A DNA stretch of 64,000 nucleotides. It comes from Eledone cirrhosa (Eukaryota). Shown here in pieces: positions 1 through 12,623 of this stretch (position 1 is its first letter; each line of letters begins with the position of its first letter). A model generated the notes under the pieces. That model did not search any database. It worked only from the letters and a program-made list of their open reading frames with translations, and was not told where the DNA came from. Location: assembly GCA_964016885.1 (NCBI GenBank), contig OZ024743.1:307210001-307274000 (forward strand). The letters are read 5' to 3'. Made by a program: the position numbers and the translations under genes.

Positions 1-544
1 GGGTTGGAAGAAGTTTAGGGAGCTGCTTTCTCTGCTGATGAAGAAGGGTTTCTCCCTGCGTACGAAAGGCCAGTTGTATGATGCCTGTGTGAGGAGCGCG
101 ATGCTGCATGGTAGTGAGACATGGGCAGCAACTGCAGAGGATATGTGACGACTGGAGAGAAATGAGGCAAGCATGCTCCGTTGGATGTGCAGTGTAAATG
201 TGCGTGAACGACCCAGCATTAATGTGTTGAGAGAGAAACTGTGTCTGAGAGGGATAGAATGTAGTGTACGGGAGAGGAGACTGGGGTGGTATGGACATGT
301 GATGCACATGGAGGATGACCGATGGGTGAAGAAGTGCCAGGAAATGCCAGTTGAAGGAAGACGTGGTGGAGGTAGACCACGAAAAAATATGGGCGGAGGT
401 GGTGAGAACAGACCTCAGATCATTGAAGCTCATGGTGGAGATGACGAAGGACCGTGACGAGTGGAGAGATGCTGTGCTGAATAAGACCCGTCCCACCCTT
501 GTGAGCAGGGAAGAGCGGACGTAAAATGATGATGATGATGATGA
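1..544 (+). mobile_element. RTE-clade LINE family A, 3' fragment, degenerate
   Basis: Encodes GWKKFRELL...MLRWMCSV...RRLGWYGHVMHM...GRPRK with a stop and a frameshift; ends CGGACGTAAAA(TGA)n; near-identical to the 3' end of 16598-19435. Confidence 0.93.
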
Positions 545-932
545 AAGATAAGAATTGATCTAGCTAGATGGTTGTTACTAGTTAAGGCTAACTAGTAAGA
601 CCATTACTAGTTAAGACTAACTAGTAAGAATATTATTTAACTTAAGGAAAGTAGAGTATTGTTATTATTATGGATAGATAGAGATGTGTGTGTATATATG
701 TGTGTGTGTGTGTGTAAACAAACACACAGCACTGCAATAAGACTGACAGTTGGGGAGGATGATAAGAGACAAAAAGAAGAAAAAGAAATAACACAGAAGT
801 CAATATATGGAGACAATGAATTTAAATGAAGCTGTAACTTTAATGTCTGTTTACATCACATAAACAGCTCTTTTACTGCCAGTCCGTATAAAGGAGGAAG
901 AATCAATGACAACTCTAGTTGAGTTACTTCAA

Positions 933-1197
933 CCCTTTAGCATTCACATTACTCTCATCATCATCACCGTTTTACGTCCGTTCTTCCACGCTAGCATGAG
1001 TTATACGGCAATAGTAAATACTCTATATTTACTATTGTATTTTCATGATAAAGGCTTTACCTCACATAATTATCTTACATGATATTGAATCAATGATATG
1101 CTATTTATTGAGAACAATAACTTAACATCAGTATGAGCAGTTGGTTTAAACAGAAAGAGAATTCTCGCTGGATACGGCCGGTTTAAATGCTAAAGGG
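933..1197. mobile_element. piggyBac-like MITE interrupted by a short RTE 3' tail
   Basis: TIRs CCCTTTAGCATT / AATGCTAAAGGG with degenerate TTAA flanks (TCAA, TTAG); inverted homolog at 61314-61534; RTE tail 956-1018 flanked by a TACTCT direct repeat. Confidence 0.75.
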
Positions 1198-1312
1198 TTA
1201 GAATAAAATAAAAAATCTCATCTTTTTTCAAAGTATATAATCCAAAATCTAGTGCTCGTCACTCCTGTTGGTTGATCTCCACCACTTCCTATCTCTGGAT
1301 ATATTGGGCAAT

Positions 1313-1343
<31 letters not shown>

Positions 1344-2132
1344 GGTTTATCGGGTCAGATGATCGTGCCACCTGACCTTTCGTCGCCCTATGGTTCTTCT
1401 CCACTGTCTTTGTGTCCACTCTGACACTCTAATAGTCCAAGTATATAATAGGTGAATATAAACAAACCAATGTGAATCCTTCAGACTTTCTGAGTACATT
1501 TTGTAGAGGAATAGAGTAATTTAGTTAAGATGATATGTTGCTTTAGTTTTTCTTCTTTATTTAAAGTAGACTTAATTCTTATTCAACCAGACATGCAATG
1601 TAAACTCAACAATCGAGTTGGTTAAAGTACATTCAGTAGAAATATACAACTATAATGGTACATCTCGTATTTGTTTGTCATTGGTGTCCTTCATGCTGTC
1701 TTTTAACTACTTATCCATTCTTTATCTGCTTTCTTTAATTAGTATGTATGGTCGGTTCAATCTTGACTTGAATCCAAGAAAACTGGGAAGTATATCTTGA
1801 AAAACACCAACGTATAATAACATGAGTGGATTTAATGAAATACTGTTAACTCGCTTATTAAACACTAGTAAATTACTAAGTTACTTAGTTTGTTTTTCAC
1901 ATTGTCGAAATCTTGTCTTAGTTGTTTTAAAAGAAGAAAAAGTAATCTGTCAATAGAATGAAGAATGTCCAATGTTTTCATTCCAAAGACTGTTTTAGTA
2001 TTGATTTATGAATTTAAAACAAAAATAATCATCGTAATTGGGGGAATCATTGTCAATTGATCTCTTTCAAAGATCTATTTCATTCATTTCGGCACGCTCT
2101 CTCTCTCTCTCTCCCCCTCTCTCTCTCTCTCT

Positions 2133-2173
<41 letters not shown>

Positions 2174-2416
2174 TTTATGTACATATCAAACGGAAGGTTA
2201 TTTGTCACTAATGTACAGAAAATCTGATAGCTAAAAATACCACTTAGAGAATTATATACATATAGAAAATTAGTTTTACTAAGTTAGCTAAAGGAAAACT
2301 CATAGTTGAGCAACCTAAAATATGCCTGCTATCCCGTTAATCTCAACATTACTGCAATTTCATCTGATATGAAAATATTGGTCATATGAGTAAAAGTTAT
2401 TATATATATATATATG

Positions 2417-2576
2417 TGTTAGGAAGGGCATCCAAATTTACGCCGGCCAAATTTACAGTCCTGGCTGAGGATGGTAGGGCATGGCCATTTCTAGCCAGAC
2501 TTATCTCCCGACACAGACAATCCATCTGACCCCTGCAAGTATGGAAAATGAACGTTAAACAGGGATGATGATGATT
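2417..2576 (+). mobile_element. RTE/SINE 3' tail fragment
   Basis: Contains the GTTAGGAAGGGCATCC module and ends GAACGTTAAACAGG(GAT)n, like other RTE-type tails here. Confidence 0.6.
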
Positions 2577-2586
2577 ATATATATAC

Positions 2587-2999
2587 ATGGTGGCTGCCAA
2601 CTCGTTTTCGAGTACGGCCACTACTTTATATCCATGTAGGAGAACTCCTACCGATGTGCTGAACGAGTGTGACTTTTTAGTCCAGCCAGCGACTTGAAAA
2701 CTCTGGTACAAACACTACACTTGTGACAATTATTGACACATAGTGCTGGGCCCATGGTACCATGTGACGACAAGTGCAGAGAGATCTCCAGATATAAAGC
2801 AATGCCTGTGCCGTGAAGCTTTTATAGTGAGCAAAGGCACTGCACAAAGCCAGTCCCACTCTCTTAACCAAGATGATATTTACCAAAAAGAAGAACAAGT
2901 CAACATCATTGGATACCATCAGGGTTGCAGGTGTTATATCAGAGTTTTCCTTCTCCTAGAATTCTGCCTTGACAAAGGCTAAGGGGTCATCTCTCCCAG
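2587..2999 (-). mobile_element. Non-autonomous RTE-derived element, 5'-truncated copy
   Basis: Near-identical inverted copy of about 42462-42873, including the C2H2-finger-coding 3' end. Confidence 0.8.
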
Positions 3000-3090
3000 G
3001 TATATATATACATACATACATACATATCATCATCATCATCATCGTTTAACGTCTATCTTCCACGCTAGCATGGGTTAGATATATATATAT

Positions 3091-3249
3091 CATCATCATC
3101 ATCATCATTTTACGTCCGCTTTTCCCTGCTTGCAAGGGTGGGACGGGAACTGATTCTGGCTTGATTTCTACAGCTGAGTAAACTGGAGCAATGTGAAATA
3201 AAGTGTCTTGCTCAACAACACATCACCCGGTCTGAGAATTGAACTCACA

Positions 3250-3254
<5 letters not shown>
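3091..3254 (-). mobile_element. tRNA-derived SINE, internally deleted copy
   Basis: Same TTGAGCAAGACACTTTATTTCAC core and RTE-A tail as 53381-53754. Confidence 0.8.
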
Positions 3255-3286
<32 letters not shown>

Positions 3287-3290
<4 letters not shown>

Positions 3291-4620
3291 GTGTGTTGTT
3301 TTTTTCTGACTTTGTAGGCATGCCCACGTGTGTTAGACACATGGAATTCAAAAAGGTGCTCAGGGTTGGCAAGATGGTTAATGATTTTGTGCGTGTTTAC
3401 CAAGTCAGTTGCCAGACGTCAGAGCTTCAATGTATCCATGCCCAGGGAAGCAAGGTGTTCAGAGTATGGTAGATGCCTGATGGAGGGTATTCGCTTGGTT
3501 GCACGTCTCTGAACAGTTTCCAGGCGGTCAATGTTCTGAGCAAGATAGGGGTTCCAGACTGGTGATACAAATTCTAAGTGTGGCTACACCATAGCTATAT
3601 ACAGCTTTAAATAAATAGCAGGAGAGCAGCTGAAAAAGGTCTTGCTGAGTGATGCTAAGACACCCTCGGCCTTCTTGACAATTTTAGAGACGTGCTTTGT
3701 CCAACGCAAAGCACTGCTGAAAGTAATGCCCAGGTCATGTTCACAAGAAGACTTCTTGATATTAGTGTTGTCGAGGGAGCATGTGGACATTGGGTTTTTC
3801 CTCCCAAAATGCATGGTGGTACACTTGTACACAGCTAGCTTGAGTTGCCAGTCTGTGATCCATTACTACATTGTGTCCAGGTCTGATTGCAGGCAAGATC
3901 TATAGTGTTCAGGATCTGTCCTTTTTATCTCAAGGTACAGCTTGATGTCATCTGCATATTTCAGTACTCTGGCATTCTTTAAGTTGGTATCTATGTCATT
4001 TATATATGCAACAAATAAAAGGGGACTAAGATCAGATCCCTGTGGTACACCAAATGACATCTCATACGGTGAAGAATGCTGTCCTAGAACCGTGACTACC
4101 TCTCTTTGAGAATGAAGGACTTCAACCAGTTAAAAAGATCATCCCTCACACCCATTGCAGAGAGTTTTGCCATCAGTTTTTTGTGTGGCACAGAATTAAA
4201 AGCTTTAGCAAAGTCAAGGTAAACAACATCCACCCATGAGCCGCCATCGGTGATCCAGGTGATGTCTTCAAGAAACTTGATAAATTGATCACAGCAGTTG
4301 GAGTTAGGGATAAATCCAAATTGCGAGGGCCAGATAAGACTGAAAAATCCAGAAGTTCCAAAGTGTTTCTCTGACACAGGATTCCTTTAGTTTGGCAATG
4401 CAGCTAGTAAGACTGACTGGACGATAGTTGAGAGGTGATGTTTGGTCACCTATTTTAAACAGTGGAATGACACTGGCAGTTTTCCACTGCTCCAGAGTAA
4501 TACCGTTGTTAAGACAGAATTGAAAGAAGAGTGATAGCTGGTGCAGAAGGAAGTACCCACCTCGTTTGAGAAGCAGGTATGTAGCACCATCAAGAGAGGC
4601 ATGGTTGCGTTTATTCTTAA
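3287..4620 (-). mobile_element. CR1-type LINE reverse transcriptase fragment, degenerate
   Basis: Frameshifted pieces NYRPVSLTSC, QFGF, VDVVYLDFAKAFNSVPH, GVPQGSDLSPLLF, YADD, DLGITFSS. Confidence 0.9.
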
Positions 4621-4624
4621 GGTT

Positions 4625-4833
4625 GCATAGCAAGTGTAAATTCCATAGTGGTTATATAAAAACTACAATAACAACAGAACAAATTCGCTTCTTAAAACAC
4701 TGTATTTCCTTCAAAATAATAATGGAAATAACAGAAGATACAGAAGCGAAAACCAACCAAACAGTGAGAGTGTTCTGTTATTATTTCTGGCAATATTATT
4801 ACAACATGACCCTCCCTCCCCAAGTATAACAAT
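4625..4833 (+). mobile_element. Penelope-like element terminal fragment
   Basis: Last ~95 bp match the 3' termini at about 8200-8297 and 26683-26778; preceded by [13 protein letters not shown], which resembles a PLE ORF N-terminal motif. Confidence 0.6.
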
Positions 4834-4846
4834 ATAAATATATATA

Positions 4847-4891
<45 letters not shown>

Positions 4892-5085
4892 ATGCACATA
4901 CATATATGTATACAGACGTACAGTAGTATGTATATATATACATACATGCACACATATATATATGTACGTATGGGTTTACCAAACATTTATTATAATGTTC
5001 GGTTTGTTTGTAAACAAACAGCCCGAATTACGCCGTACAGTGTTCGGCAACCATCGTCGCCTTTTTGTTCAACACTGACACAGGA

Positions 5086-5128
5086 ACGATGTACTAGTTT
5101 CAAGCTTATTAGCTATCATCAGCATCGT
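5086..5128 (-). ncRNA. Type I hammerhead ribozyme, intact core
   Basis: ACGATG-CTGATGA-T-AGCT-AATA-AGCT-T-GAAAC-TA-GTA-CATCGT: 6-bp stem I, palindromic ACTAGT stem III, GUA cleavage triplet. Confidence 0.85.
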
Positions 5129-5343
5129 ACATATATATATGTGTGCACGTATGTATATATTAGCTATCGTCAGCATCGTACATATATATATATGTGTGCA
5201 TGTATGTATATATTTACATACTACTGTACGTCTGTATACATATATGTATGTGCATGTACATACTTACATTTAAGTATAAGCCGTACGAAGATTGAGAAAT
5301 GAAATTTCGTTTCATTCTTTTCCATTTATATATATATATGTAT

Positions 5344-5439
5344 ACAGCAATGTTACATGGTAGTGAGACGTGGGTGCTGTCTGTAGAAGACTCGCATAGA
5401 TTAGAAGGAAGCGAAGCTTGCATGCTCCGATGGATGTGT
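5344..5439 (+). mobile_element. RTE family B fragment, left part (continues at 6501-6642)
   Basis: TAMLHGSETW...MLRWMC; split by the RTE-C insertion with an ATGTGT duplication. Confidence 0.8.
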
Positions 5440-6500
5440 CATCATCATCATCATCATCATCAACGTTTAACGTCCGTGTTCCACGCTTGCATGGGTTTGG
5501 ACGGGGGTATTCCCACTTGAGGCAAGAGTGATTGTCTTGCTCGCATAGGACTGTCTGGCAGGTTTTCTACAGTTGGATGCCCTTCCTAACACCAACCACA
5601 TTTACAGTGTGGGTCTGGGAGGTTTTTACCGTGTTGCCTACATGGCCACATTACAGCGTGGACTGTGTGTTTTTTTGTCGTGACACCTACACGATCTCAT
5701 TTGTTTCGGCCTGGATGGTGTGGCACCAACATAACTTTACATAGAAGGGGGCGGTGTGGATGGGGTGGGGGTGGTGGGACGGGGGTGTATTTTGTTAGAG
5801 ATGCCTACTGACTGTAGTAGGTTTTACTTTGTATTTAGGTAAGGCGGGTCTTCTCTATTACTGAGTACCGCCAAAGGTCTCGGTCCAGTGACATTGTCTT
5901 GGTGAGGTGTAAGTGTGTGAGGTCGGAGTTTATCAGCTCGTCCCAGGTTTTTCTGGGTCTGCCTATTCCGTGGCTACCGTCTATCTTTATTGCCCTGCAC
6001 TTTGTTATACAGCTATCGTCCTTCATGCGCATCACGTGACCATACCAACGTAGCCTTCTCTCTAGTAAACAACATCTGATCCCTCTTATTTCTAATTTTT
6101 TTCCTTAGTTCGTTTATGCTTTGTCGTTCACGTATATTACTATTACACATCCAGCGGAGCATGCAAGCTTCGTTTCTCTCTAGTCTGCGTATATCCTCTG
6201 CACACAATGCCCAGGTCTCACTGCCATGCAACATTGCTGTTCGTATGCAGGCATCGTACAGCCTGCCTTTCATTTTTAGGGAGAACCCTTTAGCGGCTAA
6301 TAGTGGTATAAGCTCTCTGAACTTTTTCCAACCAGTTGTGACTCTAGCTACAGTACTTTCAGAGCACCCTCCCCCACTGCTGATTTTGTCACCCAGGTAA
6401 CGGAAGCTGTCCACTATTTCTATAGAACCCTCTGCACAGTTGAAAGAGCTAGTATTTTGTGGGCACTTGCTGCTACTTATTTCCCCAGAACACCGGCCAC
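5440..6500 (-). mobile_element. RTE family C, 5'-truncated, nested in RTE-B
   Basis: [19 protein letters not shown]...GRPRKTWDEL, 3' UTR and (TGA)n tail; ATGTGT at 5434-5439 and 6501-6506. Confidence 0.92.
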
Positions 6501-6638
6501 ATGTGTAGTAGTAATATATGCGAACGGCTAAGCATAAATGAATTGAGAGAGAGGCTGACCATAAGAGGAATCAAATGCTGTGTGCAGTAGAGGAGGTTGT
6601 ATTGGTATGGACATGTGATGCGTATGAAGGATGACAGC

Positions 6639-6642
<4 letters not shown>
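6501..6642 (+). mobile_element. RTE family B fragment, right part
   Basis: SINELRERL...[13 protein letters not shown], cut off by (TA)n. Confidence 0.8.
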
Positions 6643-6687
<45 letters not shown>

Positions 6688-6849
6688 ATGTGTGTACATA
6701 TACGTATATGCATACATACTTATATATATACATATGTATATACACATTTATTTACATATATGTATACACATATATATATATACATATATATATACATATA
6801 TGAATACATACATATATGTATACATATATACATGTATATATATATATAT

Positions 6850-7460
6850 GGAGTAACAAGTTATCGTTATAGGTAATCCAGGTAGAGGTTGTGAGTACTC
6901 TGCGTCTTGGATAGTTTTAACGTACGGTTTTGTTTAACTCAATAAGATGTTTCCATAGTTAGGCAGCGAGTTCCCGAGAATTCCTCTGCAGGTTATACTT
7001 GGAGTAATAATAGTGAAAGAATGAAGAGTAACATGGAAGGCTATACAATAAGGGGCTTTATTTCAGGTATTGAAAATTGTTTCATTGATCAGGTGAGTCT
7101 AGAGGTTGCTAATCGCTTGAAGTTGCGTCACTCCACTCGATCTCATTACATTATTTACCTCTGATCAACCCATCAGAATATAAAAATAATTTGCTCAAGG
7201 CAAGATATATATAGAGAGGAATAGCGTATAATCAAAACAATAACATCAATAATAAAATATATATGATAAATAGGTAGAAAAGTTACAGATGTAAAAAATA
7301 AAAGATAAGAAAAAATACATTAAAAAAGTAAGAAAATGGAAAAATATAAAGAAAGGGGTTGCACATGCGGGACACGTTTCTCATCACCCGTACCAAATCC
7401 GCAATCAGTATGTTGATTTTGGTATGGTCCGAAACGGCTGAGTTTCGGTGGATCAGATAT
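6850..7460 (-). mobile_element. Penelope-like remnant, second family
   Basis: SAVSDH resembles the GIY-YIG C-terminal SAVxxH motif; followed by a T-rich UTR, a hammerhead at 7068-7180 and AATAAA. Confidence 0.5.
7068..7180 (-). ncRNA. Hammerhead-like motif with ~86-nt stem II, degenerate
   Basis: TATT-CTGATGG-G-TTGATCAG...CTGATCAA-T-GAAAC-AATT-TTC-AATA; stem II interior homologous to 9635-9740. Confidence 0.65.
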
Positions 7461-7462
7461 TT

Positions 7463-8297
7463 AGAAGTACAGAGGGTACTTGCAGAAACATGACAACAAC
7501 ATACATAGGCGAGACAGCTCGTAGCATAGGTGAAAGGATAGACCAACACTGGGGGGAACTAAAAGGACGAAAAAACGGGTCAGTACTATACGAACATGCC
7601 AGACAACAACACGACGGTAACATAGACAATATAGAAATTAGAATAATATCTAAACATAGAAATTACCCAGCAGATAGGCAAATCAGAGAGGCCAGTGAAA
7701 TAGAACTTAGAAGGCCAAGACTAAACAGAAAGAATGAGTGGAACAACAACAACACCCAAACAAACAACACTGACCTAAGAGAAGTATAAATAAATAAATA
7801 AATAAATAAATACATACACAAGCACAATAACAACAAACACATATAAACACACACTAGTAAACACAGAATACATTAACCAATACACAGTCACCCAATCACG
7901 AACCCACATAAAACAAAACACTATACACACACGCAAACGCATGCGCAAAGAAGACAAAATAAAATAAACAAACAAATAAATAAAGAAATATATAAACAGA
8001 CTAAATAAAGATGGCGTAGAAATACAATCCAACGGGAGGAATCTATAGCACCACTGACGATGTTGCAGATGAGCAACGAAAGAACTTTGATAAACTATAT
8101 ATATGTGTTTGTGTCTATATTGTATCTGTATTATTTTTGACCGTTGGTCAGTCAATGGCAACATTGAGGACCGAATAAATTAGATTACCGATATAAAAGA
8201 CACAGAAGCGAAAAGTGAAAACCAACCAAACAGTGAGTGTGTTCTGTTATTAATTCTGGCAATATTACACAAATATGACCCTCCCCAAGTATAACAA
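7463..8297 (+). mobile_element. Penelope-like element family 1, 3' fragment
   Basis: GIY-YIG end [16 protein letters not shown]...RQIREASEI...LNRKNEW, stop at 7789; 3' region has a hammerhead; homolog at 25578-26778. Confidence 0.9.
8052..8089 (+). ncRNA. Type I hammerhead in PLE terminal repeat, stem III mutated
   Basis: CA-CTGACGA-T-GTTGC-AGATGA-GCAAC-GAAA-GAACTT-TG. Confidence 0.65.
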
Positions 8298-8876
<579 letters not shown>

Positions 8877-9634
8877 AATAGCCACTAAATTCATAAGATT
8901 TAAACCTCCGTGAATCGAACCAACATAACATAGCTTTAAATTAGGATACCTACTACCCACAAAAATATTTTCATTAAGTATACTATTTCCTTCACAAGTC
9001 TATACCACACAATTGTCTGTAAATACCTCATCTACCAACAATCTTACTCCTTCTCAGCTGCTGCAATCATTTGATCCTAGATCCTAGTTTTTCTCATTTC
9101 ACTACTACAATGTTACTTTACCTTCTTTTTGCCATATTACAATTAGCACGCTTTTCTCTTTGCATGTATGTATATTTTTGTACGAGTGTATATTAATGTG
9201 TATGTATGTGTCTATGTACACATATATGTGTATATATATTTATATTTATATATATATATATATGTGTGTGTGTGTAGATATATGCGTATATTAATTCGTT
9301 AACCTCTGTATTAACTCTACAACTATTGAGCTTTGACAGTGGTCCCACTCATGTATACTGTTGAAGAAGAAGAAAAAGACTGTAAAAACTAGCTTATCTT
9401 TATAATTTAAAATTGATACACACTACGATACTTTTTGCCTATGACAGCTGGTTTTCACGCCATAACATTAGATACATTATATACCCCCCCACCTAAGTAA
9501 TGTCAGGGTCTCCTTAAATAGTTTATTGATAGCATTGTTGTAATAATTGTTGTTGTTATTGTTCTAATTGAATGCCATAACTACACCATATTTTCTTTTA
9601 TTTTCTTGCCTGTGTATTTTCTTCATTCTCGCAT

Positions 9635-9740
9635 GCTCCGAAGATCTGACTGGTTATAATTCTGTATTGGCGATCGAGTGACGCAAAATTAGGCGGATAG
9701 CGATCTCTAGACATACCAGCTCAGTGAAACAAATGTAAGC
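9635..9740 (+). ncRNA. Type I hammerhead, U4C core, ~81-nt stem II
   Basis: GCT-CCGAAGA-T-CTGACTGGT...ACCAGCTCAG-T-GAAAC-AAAT-GTA-AGC, AATAAA just downstream. Confidence 0.72.
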
Positions 9741-9795
9741 TATGTGAATAAAAACTTTTTTGTATAGCAAACCATGTAAACCTTCTTTCCTGATT

Positions 9796-9865
<70 letters not shown>

Positions 9866-9871
<6 letters not shown>

Positions 9872-10063
9872 TAAAAAAATAATGAATAAAACAATGAAAC
9901 AGTTCCTTATATTAAACAAAAAAAGTTCATTATTTAACGATCGTTTCTAGGATATATATGTGTTAGAATTGGCATGCATATTCAACAGATCTATGTACAA
10001 AATTATACAAAATTATACAAACTATCAAAATTAAATATACATACCAACACATATATATGCCGT
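9866..10063 (-). repeat. Second copy of the 16327-16540 hammerhead element, lacking CTGAAGA
   Basis: Near-identical to 16327-16525; homology stops just before the first core strand. Confidence 0.85.
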
Positions 10064-10086
10064 AAACTCTTGGTAGATTTATCTAC

Positions 10087-11173
<1,087 letters not shown>

Positions 11174-11277
11174 AAAACAAATAACGAAACGAAATTAAAT
11201 TTCGTTTCGTTTGTAACTCACTTTTGTATGACTGACGCTTAAACAATTATATATATATATATACATATATGTATATA

Positions 11278-11313
<36 letters not shown>

Positions 11314-11325
11314 CATATATGTATA

Positions 11326-11359
<34 letters not shown>

Positions 11360-11400
11360 CATATATATATATGTATATATATACATATATATATATATAC

Positions 11401-11462
<62 letters not shown>

Positions 11463-11500
11463 GAAATATAAGAATCAAAGAACTGTTCAAAACATTATTG

Positions 11501-11547
11501 TGCTTACAGCTGTTTCCTCCAAACCGAGGTTTGGATTCTTCGGAGCA
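11501..11547 (-). ncRNA. Type I hammerhead, U4C core
   Basis: TGCT-CCGAAGA-A-TCCAAACC-TC-GGTTTGGA-G-GAAAC-AGCT-GTA-AGCA; palindromic ACAGCTGT stem III. Confidence 0.8.
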
Positions 11548-11704
11548 ATTTATTAATGCATGGAGAGTTATATGACCTCCTTTTCAGCCAAGAGACATAC
11601 CGATACATATTCAAACATTGTGGGTCAACATTCATTACAGAATTTAGAGTGGCAGTACACACTTCGAGATTACATTTATATGAAGAGGTACAATCGAAAA
11701 TCAA

Positions 11705-11848
<144 letters not shown>

Positions 11849-11851
11849 GTA

Positions 11852-11916
<65 letters not shown>

Positions 11917-11923
11917 GTATATA

Positions 11924-11970
<47 letters not shown>

Positions 11971-11999
11971 GTATATATGTATATATATATGTATATATG

Positions 12000-12430
<431 letters not shown>

Positions 12431-12459
12431 GTATATATATATATATATATATGTATATG

Positions 12460-12490
<31 letters not shown>

Positions 12491-12504
12491 GTATATGTAT
12501 ATAT

Positions 12505-12612
<108 letters not shown>

Positions 12613-12623
12613 GTATATATATA

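Noticed and set aside
1618-1800. 60-aa ORF as an exon
   Set aside because: No ATG start, no recognisable motif and no convincing splice sites
2677-2982. Identical 79-80 aa ORFs here and at 42479-42784 as a duplicated gene
   Set aside because: Chance frames in two copies of a young repeat; the meaningful C2H2 frame is a different one
7368-7392. GGGTGATGAGAAACGTGTC on the minus strand as a hammerhead
   Set aside because: No C3 and no stem II
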